A stretch of DNA of 64,000 nucleotides from Thiotrichaceae bacterium (GTDB lineage Bacteria > Pseudomonadota > Gammaproteobacteria > Eutrophobiales > Eutrophobiaceae): contig DUBV01000005.1 in NCBI GenBank assembly GCA_012960105.1, forward strand, positions 7,433 through 71,432, in the 5' to 3' direction. The notes beneath the pieces were generated by a model that was not told the origin of the DNA, did no database searches, and saw only the letters and a program-made list of their open reading frames with translations. A program made the position numbers and the translations under genes. Below, piece by piece: positions 20,944-31,640 of this stretch (positions are counted from its first letter, which is position 1; every line of letters starts with the position of its first letter).

Positions 20944-23772
20944 CTATTGTGCAATCACCAACCTTACTGCTTGTAGCTCATATTTGGCATTGGCAATAAC
21001 TTCAGTGCAAGCGTAAAGTTGTTCCTGCATAAATTCAATTTCTTCTTTTCTAATACTCGGGTTTTTCTTTTGTAGTTGTGTTAATCGTTCTATTTCTTCG
21101 CCTAATAAATTATCAACTCGTTGCTGCGCTTGTTGTTTAATTTCAGGTAGTTTCGATTGACTAAATCGAATCGCAAAGTCGATCATAATTTCCAGTTCGG
21201 GCTTAATTTGCTTGATAATAGAATGCGCCGTTTGACGTTCAATCTTCATGCTAAGAATGTTTAATTTCTCATGACTCAAAACTTTTGAATAATCTTTTCT
21301 GTCTTGACTAATCATTGTACGTAAGGGCGTAAGCGGCAGGTAGCGATCAACTTGTAATTGTTTCGGAGCAATAGTATTTATACTAGAGAATGTTTCCAGC
21401 AGTACTGTGCCCGGTTCGATACCATCTTTCTCTATAGTAGTAATGAAGGTATTGCCGATATCGCTTTTTAAAACCATTTCAATCGCTTCGGCAACCATAG
21501 GATGTTCCCAACTGATGAAGATCAAATCTTCACGGCTAAGTGCTTTATTACGATCAAACGTTACGGTTATACTTTCTTCACCAATACCAGGAAAATACCC
21601 ATTACGCATGTGATCACTGGAACGGAGTATCCAAGTGTTTTCAGAATGTTCTTCATGATCAACACCATAAGTATTGAACATGCCCTCCATATAATCCATT
21701 AATAATTTTGGGTTTTCTTCCGAATCAATAGTATCGATAATATTTTCTGCAATATCTTTACGACAAGAATTCAGTTCAATTAATCGATCACGACCTTCAT
21801 GCATAGCCTGTTTTACGGAACTAGTATGTTGACTAGTTTCATCGATGAGTGAACTAATATCTGTATCAGGCTTATCTAATGCTTCATCAAGAGGCGTAGA
21901 AAATTCTTCATAAATAGCATAGGCAGCGGCACAACTTTCAAGAAAAATATTTAGACCTTTGTGATACCAGTTGAAGAGAACTTCCTGTGCCGAATGTTGA
22001 ATATAAGGTACATGAATCTTAATAATCTCAGTCTGTCCGATACGATCTAGTCGGCCAATACGCTGTTCAAGTAAATCCGGGTTCAGTGGTAAATCAAATA
22101 AAACCAGATGGTGTGCAAATTGAAAGTTGCGACCTTCACTACCAATCTCCGAACAAACTAGTACTTGTGCCCCCATTTCTGTATCAGCAAAATAAGCTGC
22201 AGCGCGGTCACGGTCAATAATACTAAGTCCTTCATAGAATGCGGCACTACGGATACCCATTTTTAGTTGTAAATATTTTTCAAGATTAGCGGCCGTTGTT
22301 GCATTGGCGCAAATAACTAAAACTTTCTCAGTTTTTAAATCATTTACCAATTCTATTAAATACTGAACACGAGGGTCGTGTTTAAGCCAATCATCATTCT
22401 CGCTTTCCATTTCCGGGAACAGAGTTTGTTTTCCCTTGAGAGATAAATAAAGTTTTGGACATTCAAGAGGGCTACTTAGCAATTTCCTTTCAGGAAACCC
22501 CTTGATTGCTTCGCGTGTATTACGCAGGAAAACACGGCCAGTACCGTGTCGATCCAATAATTTAGACACGATCGTCTCACGTTCATGAATATCAGGGTTA
22601 CTATGTGTTAGAGCTTCGCTAGCAAGGTATGATTTTAGTAACGCTTGTATTTCATCTGCTAAAGGTTCATCAGGACGGTCTAATAAAGTTTTTACTATTT
22701 CACTAAGTTGTTGATAGCCTTTCTCTTCACTTAGAAATTGTTCCAGATCATGAAAGCGTGCGGGATCTAGTAAGCGTAATCGCGCAAAGTGACTTGCAGC
22801 ACCAACTTGCTCTGGTGTAGCAGTTAGTAATAGCAAGCCGCGACATTGTTTGGCTAGCGCCTCAATACAACGATAATCATGACCCGCATCACCATCTGTC
22901 TTGTGTAAGTGATGAGCTTCATCAATGATAACCATATCCCAGTCAGCATTAAGTGCATGATTAAATAAATCAGGATCGCTAGTTAAGGTGTCTAAGCTAC
23001 AAATAATTAATTGTTCACTTTCAAAGGGGTTGCCTTCTTCTTCGTTAAGTGCATGAATTCGTTCTTCATTAAACAAGGCGAAACGCAGATTGAAGCGACG
23101 CAACATTTCAACTAACCATTGATGGCTAAGTGTATTAGGAACAATAATTAATACTCTATTTGCCAATCCAGTATGCAATTGGTAATGCAGAATCATGCCA
23201 GCTTCTATTGTTTTGCCCAAGCCGACTTCATCCGCTAGCAATACGCGCGGAGAAAAACGCTTGGCAACTTCATTAGCAATATATATTTGATGCGCTAATA
23301 AGTTTGTTCTGGAGCCAAGCAAGCCTTTAACTGAGGATTGTTGTAAGCGATGAGATTGTAGTAATGTTTCGCAGCGCAGTTTGTAAGCTTTTATAGTATC
23401 AAGTTGTCCGCTAATCAGGCGCTGTTTTGGCGTCGTCAATTCAATAAAACAATTTAGTTCAAGTTCATCAATTTTATGCTTTTGTCCAGATTCGTCTGTC
23501 GCGTAATAAATAATCCGACCTTCAAACTGTTCGAGCCTAACAACTTTAAAAGTGAGTTCTTCCTGCGTGCGTATTATTTCTCCAGGCTTGTATTCAATAC
23601 GGGTGAGTGGCGCACTTTGGATCGCATATAATCGTTGTTCTTCTGCAGCAGGAAAACTAATTTCTATTCGACGACCTTCAACAGCAACAATTATACCAAG
23701 CCCAAGCTCAGTTTCCGTGTGGCTTACCCAACGTTGTCCTATAACATATTCGGAGATAAATTCTGACACCAT
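20944..23772 (-). CDS. rapA: RNA polymerase-associated SNF2 ATPase RapA (HepA)
   Basis: N-terminus GQRWVSHTETELGLG and helicase motifs LLADEVGLGKTIEAG, DEAHHL, LLLTATP and GSEGRNFQFA. Start moved to the ATG at 23772 (MVSEFISEYVIGQRW), because the 20 upstream codons of the ORF run into a repeat element. Confidence 0.92.
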   Translation of the reverse strand: MVSEFISEYVIGQRWVSHTETELGLGIIVAVEGRRIEISFPAAEEQRLYAIQSAPLTRIEYKPGEIIRTQEELTFKVVRLEQFEGRIIYYATDESGQKHKIDELELNCFIELTTPKQRLISGQLDTIKAYKLRCETLLQSHRLQQSSVKGLLGSRTNLLAHQIYIANEVAKRFSPRVLLADEVGLGKTIEAGMILHYQLHTGLANRVLIIVPNTLSHQWLVEMLRRFNLRFALFNEERIHALNEEEGNPFESEQLIICSLDTLTSDPDLFNHALNADWDMVIIDEAHHLHKTDGDAGHDYRCIEALAKQCRGLLLLTATPEQVGAASHFARLRLLDPARFHDLEQFLSEEKGYQQLSEIVKTLLDRPDEPLADEIQALLKSYLASEALTHSNPDIHERETIVSKLLDRHGTGRVFLRNTREAIKGFPERKLLSSPLECPKLYLSLKGKQTLFPEMESENDDWLKHDPRVQYLIELVNDLKTEKVLVICANATTAANLEKYLQLKMGIRSAAFYEGLSIIDRDRAAAYFADTEMGAQVLVCSEIGSEGRNFQFAHHLVLFDLPLNPDLLEQRIGRLDRIGQTEIIKIHVPYIQHSAQEVLFNWYHKGLNIFLESCAAAYAIYEEFSTPLDEALDKPDTDISSLIDETSQHTSSVKQAMHEGRDRLIELNSCRKDIAENIIDTIDSEENPKLLMDYMEGMFNTYGVDHEEHSENTWILRSSDHMRNGYFPGIGEESITVTFDRNKALSREDLIFISWEHPMVAEAIEMVLKSDIGNTFITTIEKDGIEPGTVLLETFSSINTIAPKQLQVDRYLPLTPLRTMISQDRKDYSKVLSHEKLNILSMKIERQTAHSIIKQIKPELEIMIDFAIRFSQSKLPEIKQQAQQRVDNLLGEEIERLTQLQKKNPSIRKEEIEFMQEQLYACTEVIANAKYELQAVRLVIAQ

Positions 23773-23829
23773 AATTACCTGATATAATACTGAATCATAA
23801 AAAGGAGCGGATATTATCAGGCGTATCGG

Positions 23830-23966
23830 CATTTGGGTATGTAAACTTTTGTGTATTTACAGGATTATTCTTTATGTTCTGACGATGCCGCTTAAAGCGA
23901 CTACTGTTGGTGCTGGACGGCGTTTTGCCTAGTCAGAAAGCAGCCCAGATCGCGCAAAGGCCAAAC
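23830..23966. repeat. MITE-like repeat, copy C (degenerate)
   Basis: GACGATGCCGCTTAAAGCGACTACTGTTGGTG (23881-23912) matches the core of copies A and B. TTTTGCCTAGTCAGAAAGC and CGCGCAAAGGCC match the right-hand box and right arm of copy A. The left arm is barely recognisable. Confidence 0.4.
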
Positions 23967-23985
23967 TTATTAATAATACAAAATA

Positions 23986-24765
23986 ATGATTCTAGAAAAA
24001 ATAGTCGAACTAAAACCAGAAGAGAGTAAATTGCTCTATTCCAGTGAAACCGACAAACAAACTATTGAAGTGCGTGAGTGGCAACAATATCGTTGGTTAC
24101 ATATCGGCGATGATTCTGTTCAGACCTTAATGTTGCTGGACGATCTCGAATTCGTTGCCTTGGATAATATTCAAGCAATGTTAGCTACTTTGATATTTTG
24201 TCCTTCAGCAACACGACTATTAAATTTTGGTTTAGGTGGCGCCTCACTTGAGAGGTTCCTGAATTCAAAAAAGCCTGAAATAAAAATTAAGTCAGTAGAG
24301 TCAAATGAAGAGGTTATCAAAATTGCGAAAGACTATTTTTATTTGCCAATAGATTTTGACGTTATAAATGATACTGCTGATAACTTTATATCAAATGATG
24401 ATGAACTATACGACATAGTTTTATGTGATATTTTTGTAGCTGACATGCAAGCGAGTTGTTTATATGACAATGATTTTTACGCCAATATATCCAGGTGTCT
24501 CGATAAAGCAGGTGTGCTGGCCATAAATATTTTGCCGGAGTCCGAAGATGAAGTAATAAAAATTTTATTGCCCATAAAAGATTATTTTGATCAGATCTAT
24601 TTATTAGAGTTTCCTGATTATATGAATGCGATAATTTTTGTATCAAGGCATAAATTACCTGATACAGATAAAATGAAAGTATTAGCAAATGATTTATTTG
24701 CAAAAACTAAACTAGATTTAAGAGACTTGCCAGAAAGATTGAATGTCTTACTTGAGACGGTATAG
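23986..24765 (+). CDS. spermidine-synthase-like class I SAM-dependent methyltransferase-fold protein
   Basis: 259 aa. Glycine-rich motif I LLNFGLGGASLERFL, then an acidic residue at the end of beta-2 (VESNEEV) and DIVLCDIF. Overall layout resembles spermine/spermidine synthase-family proteins. Function not assignable from the sequence. Confidence 0.6.
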   Translation: MILEKIVELKPEESKLLYSSETDKQTIEVREWQQYRWLHIGDDSVQTLMLLDDLEFVALDNIQAMLATLIFCPSATRLLNFGLGGASLERFLNSKKPEIKIKSVESNEEVIKIAKDYFYLPIDFDVINDTADNFISNDDELYDIVLCDIFVADMQASCLYDNDFYANISRCLDKAGVLAINILPESEDEVIKILLPIKDYFDQIYLLEFPDYMNAIIFVSRHKLPDTDKMKVLANDLFAKTKLDLRDLPERLNVLLETV

Positions 24766-24806
24766 AGAGAAGCAAATACCTTGGGATATTAAATAGCTTA
24801 AACCGT

Positions 24807-27105
24807 TTAGAGTGTTAAATTTAATTTGACAATTTCAGATGAAAGGCATTTTTCATTATTACAAGCCTGTAATTTTAGATGCAGCTTTAAGCTCTTGTTA
24901 GGAAAGTGGGCATCAGGTTTACTAAAAACGATAAATTCAATTTTAATATTATCTTTATAAACCTGAATAGAATCTGCTTGAAGACTAAATATTTTTGTAA
25001 CAGCTTCGGGGCAATTAATATCAGAAATCTTCCATTCATTATCTGCATCAATAATCATTGGTGATGGACTATTATCTTCATCAGAGATTTGATTTAGATG
25101 CCAATCATCATTAACTTTAATTAACAATGCTACTTTGTACTGCGTATTAGTTTTTGATGCTGTAGCAGATATATGAATATTTCCTTCTGCGCACCACTGC
25201 TCAGAAGATTGTTCGCCAGATAATAATTCAAGTAAGCCGCAAATGAGATAACTGCAAATATAGGGGCGTTGTGTAATATCGTCAGAGTATGCTCTTATTA
25301 ATTGTTGAGCATAATCTTGATAGCGTTGTAAGCCAGTGCGTGTTGCCAAGCGTACTAATACTCTTAATGCGACTGAATTTCCTGAAGAAGTAGCATTGTC
25401 ATTAATTTCTTTAGGTGATGCTGGAAGCAAGTTTTGTTCACCTTGCATGCCCATAAAGTAACCACCATTCTCTTCATCCCAAAAATATTCAATCATGTCA
25501 TTTGTTAAATTAGATGCCTGATTCAGCCAATACCTGTCCAAGGTCGCATCGTAGATTTGTAATAATGCTTCTGCGAGATAGGCATAGTCTTCTTGTAGTG
25601 CTGAAACAGACGCCTGTCCTGCCAAGCTTGAACGACTTAATAAATCTTGATTTGTATGGTTTGTTTTTAATAAATAATTTGCGGCAGTAATGGCTATATC
25701 GATGTAGTTTTGTTGTTTGAACTGATGGCCTACATAGGCAAATGATTTAATCATCATCGCATTCCATGAAGTAATGATTTTATCGTCTCGTAGTGGTGCT
25801 AAACGTTTTTCTCTGGTTTGCCTTAGTAGTTTATTATTTCTATCCAGACGTTCAACTAAATTGTCATAGTCTATATTATTTTCTTTAGAAGTCTTATATA
25901 AAGACTGGGATAGATTTAAAATATTTTTTCTTTCAAAATTGCCGAGTTCAGTGACTTGGTATAATTCAATGAATTCTATTGCGTCTTCTTCACCTAGTAA
26001 TGATTCAATTTCGTATTTATCCCATATGAAGAAAAGGCCTTCTTCCCCTTCGCTATCAGCATCAGTTGCTGAATAGAAACCACCTTCATCATTTGTCATT
26101 TCACGAATGACATAATCCAGTGTTTCAAAAGTAATGCGTTTGAAATCAACCTCACCTGAAAGTAAATGTGCTTGTGCAAAGACAAAGGATAAGTTGGCCT
26201 GATTGTAGAGCATCTTTTCAAAATGAGGAGTTAACCAGCTTTGGTCGGTTGCATAACGATGGAAGCCACCAGAAATTTGATCGTAAATTCCGCCGCAACT
26301 TTGAGCATGTAAAGTATTTACAACAGCATCGAGAACATCGGTGTTACCAGAATACTTAGCATACTCAATGAGAAAGTAGAGATAGGGTTCGTTAGGAAAT
26401 TTGGGTGCTTGGCCGAAACCACCATGAATTTTATCGTAGTGATTCATGATGCTTTGAGCAGTATGATCGATGACATTTGTACTAATCTCATTTAGCGATT
26501 GTATTGTTGCCATAGCTCCGGCAACTTGTTGGCTTATAGCATTTGCTTGTTCATGAATGTCAGTAGACTTATTTTTCCAAGCATCATTGACGCGGCTCAT
26601 TAACGCTATAAATTGTGAAGGTTGAAAATAAGTGCCACCAAAAAAAGGTTTTTTATCGGGTGTTAAAAAGCTGCTCATTGGCCAGCCACCTTGACCCTGC
26701 ATCATCATCACCGCAGTCATGTAATAAGTATCAACATCAGGGTGCAACTCTCGATCAACTTTTATACAGACAAAAGAGTCATTCATGTGTTTGGCGATAT
26801 CTTCGTTATCAAAACTTTCTTCTTCCATGACATGACACCAATGGCAAGTTGAATAACCAATAGATAAAAATACGGGTTTGTTTTCCTGTTTTGCTACTTC
26901 AAAAGCTTCCTCTCCCCCATGGAAACCAGTTGACTGGATTATGAGCATGCTGCAATAGGTAGGGTGAATCTTCGAGGATTAAACGATTGATATACTGTGG
27001 TTGCTTATTATTGTCGAGATAACGAGTGCGAGCTTGATAGTCCTTTGCTTTATTATTAAAAGCGGATAACAAGGTTTGTTCTAATTCTTTGGGGTAGTTA
27101 AACAT
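24807..27105 (-). pseudogene. YyaL-type thioredoxin-domain (DUF255) protein, frameshifted
   Basis: ORF 26899..27105 ends with [28 protein letters not shown] 24807..26948 continues [29 protein letters not shown] in another frame. The two join if the C5 run at 26914-26918 (G5 on the coding strand) is read as four bases. Confidence 0.8.
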
Positions 27106-27165
27106 ATTGCGTATTACACGCGTGAAATACTAAAGGTAAAAGTCTATTTTACTATCAGCTAACGA

Positions 27166-27747
27166 CTAATCAGTGTACTGGAATAACTTCACTACTTTTT
27201 GCACACCACCTGTTTGTCTGGCAATTTCAGTTGCTTTTTCCGCTTCAGCATGTGAAACGATCCCCATGAGATACACCACGCCTTTTTCGGTAACTACTTT
27301 GAAGAAAACGCCGCTTATTTCGTTATTGGCAAACATTTGGGTTTTAACTTTGGCGGTAATGTAGGAGTCGCTGCTACGTGACATAACCGAACTTGGAGCC
27401 GCAATAGTCAGCTCATTATAAACGTGAGTTACTTTTTCAGTTGCTTTTACTAACTGCATTACTCGTTGGCGCATGGCATCAGTTGGAGTTTCACCAGTGA
27501 TTAAGACAACAGAATTATAACTAGTGATATTCATATGTGCCTGTTCGTTTAACTCAACATCAGCACGAATAGCCTGAACTGCTTTTATTTCGATAGTCTG
27601 GTCTTCTACTAGTGTGCCGGTTGTTCTTCGGTCAACAACGGCTGTTCCTGTTGCCGCAGCTCCGCCAACAACGACAGCAGCACAAGCAAATAGTTGAGTC
27701 ATTAATCCTAGTAAAATTAAGCAACGTACAAGTTTGAATAGTTTCAT
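27166..27747 (-). CDS. dolP: BON-domain outer-membrane lipoprotein (DolP/YraP family)
   Basis: 193 aa with lipobox LFAC and two BON-like repeats. Conserved position next to diaA-yraN-lpoA. Confidence 0.8.
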   Translation of the reverse strand: MKLFKLVRCLILLGLMTQLFACAAVVVGGAAATGTAVVDRRTTGTLVEDQTIEIKAVQAIRADVELNEQAHMNITSYNSVVLITGETPTDAMRQRVMQLVKATEKVTHVYNELTIAAPSSVMSRSSDSYITAKVKTQMFANNEISGVFFKVVTEKGVVYLMGIVSHAEAEKATEIARQTGGVQKVVKLFQYTD

Positions 27748-27750
27748 TTC

Positions 27751-28356
<606 letters not shown>

Positions 28357-28374
28357 TCATAAAAACTGTCGTCA

Positions 28375-28752
28375 TTATGCCTGAAATGCATTTTTAATCC
28401 ACTCGATTACAGGCTTATCAAGTACGCCCGTGATAGTAATTACATCATAACGACATTGATAGGATTGGTATTTTTTATTCTTGCTCAAATAGTATTCGCT
28501 AGTGGTTAAAATCTTCTTACATTTATGCCGATCAATGGTTTCAACAATAGCTAGATAGTTTTCATTTTTACGGTAACGGACTTCGACGAAGAGTAGTATT
28601 TCTTGCTCAAGTGCTATGAGATCAATTTCACCAAAGCGACTATGAAAATTTTGAGTAAGTAATTTTACTTTATGTTTTGCAAGGTATTTGGCAGCGATAT
28701 TTTCTGCAATTTTTCCAGACTGATTCGCCGGTTTCGTTGTTTTCATTATCAT
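28375..28752 (-). CDS. yraN: YraN-family (UPF0102) endonuclease-like protein
   Basis: 125 aa. GEIDLIA and FVEVRYR are typical of UPF0102. The start may be the ATG two codons downstream (MKTTK). Confidence 0.8.
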   Translation of the reverse strand: MIMKTTKPANQSGKIAENIAAKYLAKHKVKLLTQNFHSRFGEIDLIALEQEILLFVEVRYRKNENYLAIVETIDRHKCKKILTTSEYYLSKNKKYQSYQCRYDVITITGVLDKPVIEWIKNAFQA

Positions 28753-28785
28753 CCTTGATAATTTGAATTCACAGAATATTAAAAA

Positions 28786-30621
28786 TTAATTTAATAGTTT
28801 TGGTTTCCCATCGACAAACTGAGCGCTGCGTAATTTACGTTTGACAATATTATTTGAATCAATAGACAAATCACCAGTCTCGCCATTCAAGTGAATATTC
28901 TTTTCTGCACTAAGGCGACCAATCTCGGGAATCAAACGATAAGCATCAATACCTAATGCATATAATCGACGATATTGTGATTTTTCCTGTGACCAGTTAC
29001 GGTTAAGTGTATCCTGAATAATTGAAAGTTGTCGTGATGTATCCAGTATCCATGGCATATCAATAAATTTCACGCCATTTAGATCGGTGTCTTTAGCTTT
29101 ATCAACAATGCCGGTAAAAATATGTGACGTTGAATATACCGGTAAATCACTCGCTCGATGAAAGCGAAATTGTGGGAATAATTGACGTGCATCTCCCGGT
29201 ATCGCAGCAGTAAAAATAAAGTCTGCATCTTCGCGACGCCGTGTCACAGTATTTATTTTAATGTTGAGTTTATTGCGTAGTGCTTTACCTCGTTGCTCAC
29301 TGCTATCTATATTTAATAATTCTTTGATCGGCGAGCCAAAATCTTTCGCACTACTTTCAAAGTAAGAGTGTTCCAGTATGGCGCCGCCCATTTCTATCCA
29401 GCGTTGTTTAAAAGCAGATGCAATTCGATCACCCCAGGGAATATTTGGCGTTACGACTAATGCCAGTCGATGACCATCGGACATGGCTATTTCGGCAATT
29501 TGTATGGCTTCATCTTCAGGCGACAAACCAAACTGGATTAATTTTTTATTAACGGCTTGTTCGCTTTTCAAATCCTGACGATTAAGTGCCAATACTTGCA
29601 CAGGAAGCTCGCCATAGTCTGCTAACTGATTGACGGCTTCTTTTTCCAATGGTCCAACAATATAGTCAACGCCATCGGTAACAGCTTGTTGATAAATTTC
29701 ACGGATATTTAATGAATTTGCGTCATAAATTTTAACTTCCGATTTCTCCTGCTTGTCCAGATACCAGGCAGCAAGAAAACCATCACGTATAGCAGTAGAT
29801 GATTTTTTGTATTTTCCGGCTAAAGGTAATAGCAAACCTATATTTGTAGGACGTTGCGTAAGAGCGCTGCTTTGACTAATAAGTTTCGGTGCAATTGCTG
29901 AATAGGCCGGATGTCCGGGATAACGTTGTATCCAGCCATCTATTGCATTCTTTAACTTTACCGGTTGATAACGGTAACCTTGATAAATTGATGCCAGCGC
30001 AAACCAACTGGATAATTCTTCAGGAGCGTTAATTCGTAAATCATCTAGTTCCGATTTTGGTATCGCTTCAAAAATATTCCAGAGCGAACGATTATTTTGA
30101 GTGATTTCGTTAGGTGTACTCAATAGCTTTGCAAGTCGTAAACGTTCTGATGCGGCTTTAAGGTAATCACCATGAGCCAAATAAGCTCGGGCGTATATAT
30201 CGTGATAGGTTGTTTTTAAACTTTGTGGAATTTCTAGTGCAGATATTTCTTTAAGTGAATTGAGCGCGTTGCCCGGCTGTCCAAATTCTAGTTGAAGACG
30301 AGCACTTAAAATGCGCATTCTTAGTTTCTGTATCGGATCATTTTCGGGAATATCTGTTTCGCTGAGAATTTTATTTGCTTCGGCATACTGTCCTGCTTCG
30401 ACGTAGGCTGCCGCAGCCTTAAGGCGGTATACCGCTGAATTTTGTTTATCTTTTGTAGCAAGACTCAAATATTCTTCTGCGGCTGCAGAATAGTTGCCAG
30501 AACGCATCAAACCACGGACATTTTCCTCAGGATCTGCCTGTACCTGTTGATTTGATTGGCGTGTAGGTCCACAGCCTGATAATAAAATCAGTGATAAAAG
30601 GACTATTGTAAAAAGTCGCAT
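28786..30621 (-). CDS. lpoA: penicillin-binding protein activator LpoA
   Basis: 611 aa with lipobox LLSGC. It has a TPR-like N-terminal domain and a periplasmic-binding-protein-like C-terminal domain. Divergent from rsmI, as in other gammaproteobacteria. Confidence 0.8.
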   Translation of the reverse strand: MRLFTIVLLSLILLSGCGPTRQSNQQVQADPEENVRGLMRSGNYSAAAEEYLSLATKDKQNSAVYRLKAAAAYVEAGQYAEANKILSETDIPENDPIQKLRMRILSARLQLEFGQPGNALNSLKEISALEIPQSLKTTYHDIYARAYLAHGDYLKAASERLRLAKLLSTPNEITQNNRSLWNIFEAIPKSELDDLRINAPEELSSWFALASIYQGYRYQPVKLKNAIDGWIQRYPGHPAYSAIAPKLISQSSALTQRPTNIGLLLPLAGKYKKSSTAIRDGFLAAWYLDKQEKSEVKIYDANSLNIREIYQQAVTDGVDYIVGPLEKEAVNQLADYGELPVQVLALNRQDLKSEQAVNKKLIQFGLSPEDEAIQIAEIAMSDGHRLALVVTPNIPWGDRIASAFKQRWIEMGGAILEHSYFESSAKDFGSPIKELLNIDSSEQRGKALRNKLNIKINTVTRRREDADFIFTAAIPGDARQLFPQFRFHRASDLPVYSTSHIFTGIVDKAKDTDLNGVKFIDMPWILDTSRQLSIIQDTLNRNWSQEKSQYRRLYALGIDAYRLIPEIGRLSAEKNIHLNGETGDLSIDSNNIVKRKLRSAQFVDGKPKLLN

Positions 30622-30749
30622 GCTATGAATGTGTATTTCTAGGTATCATGGGACTCTATTGTACATTGCAGTGATAATTACGGCATTACTTTAAATTGAA
30701 AGAGAGTATCTCAGAAAAATAGACATTTTCTGTGGTTCTCGGAGGAAAG

Positions 30750-31580
30750 ATGCAAGCAACACTATATATAGTTGCGACTCCAATCGGTAATCTGGCCGAT
30801 ATCAGCGAGCGCGCCATTGAAATACTCAAACAGGTGGATTTAATCGCTGCCGAAGATACGCGTCATAGCAAGACCTTACTGGAACGTTTTACTATAAAAA
30901 CCAAAATAAGTGCTTACCATGAACACAATGAAGAAAAAGTTACTTCGCAACTCATTCAGCAATTGTTAGACGGTCAGTCCATTGCTTTGATCTCTGATGC
31001 CGGAACACCATTGATTAATGATCCGGGCTATAAGCTAGTTGTTGCAGCACATGACAATAATATTCAAGTTGTTCCCATACCCGGCCCTTCTGCCATTATT
31101 ACGGCTTTGTCAGCATGCGGTTTACCGATAAGTAAATTTATTTATGAAGGTTATTTGCCTGCCAAAAGCGAAGCACGTAAAACGCGTTTAAGAGAATTAA
31201 AAAATGAATCACGAACACTGGTTTTCTATGAAGCTCCACATCGTATAGTCGAATCTATAAAAATTATGCAGGAAATATTTGGCGCGGAAAGACGGGTTAC
31301 AGTTGCACGTGAATTGACTAAAAAATTCGAACAAATAATTCGTGATAATTTATCTGTTATTAATGAAAAAATCGAAAGTGGTGAAATAAAAGTTAAAGGT
31401 GAGTTTGTAGTGGTGGTCGAAGGCACTAAAGAAACTTCAATAACGGATCAGGAAGCGCTACGTATTAATCACATTCTTTCAGAAAAGCTCTCGCCAAAAG
31501 ATGCTGCTGGCTTAGCGGCAAAGATAACAGGTAGAAAGAAAAATGAAATTTATCAATTGGCACTTAAGAAAGATTTATAA
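30750..31580 (+). CDS. rsmI: 16S rRNA (cytidine1402-2'-O)-methyltransferase
   Basis: LYIVATPIGNLADIS-RA and AEDTRHSK-LL. Start placed at the ATG at 30750, preceded by GGAGGA, rather than the upstream GTG. Confidence 0.92.
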   Translation: MQATLYIVATPIGNLADISERAIEILKQVDLIAAEDTRHSKTLLERFTIKTKISAYHEHNEEKVTSQLIQQLLDGQSIALISDAGTPLINDPGYKLVVAAHDNNIQVVPIPGPSAIITALSACGLPISKFIYEGYLPAKSEARKTRLRELKNESRTLVFYEAPHRIVESIKIMQEIFGAERRVTVARELTKKFEQIIRDNLSVINEKIESGEIKVKGEFVVVVEGTKETSITDQEALRINHILSEKLSPKDAAGLAAKITGRKKNEIYQLALKKDL

Positions 31581-31640
31581 CCAAGTCATGAGTAAGTTTA
31601 AGATTAAAAATATGACTATAAAAAAAGCAGGAGTTTTAGT

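Noticed and set aside
23773-23832. 20-codon N-terminal extension of rapA (MPIRLIISAPFYDSVLYQVI).
   Set aside because: RapA homologues begin a few residues before GQRW, and the ATG at 23772 fits that. The extension runs into the degenerate repeat copy.
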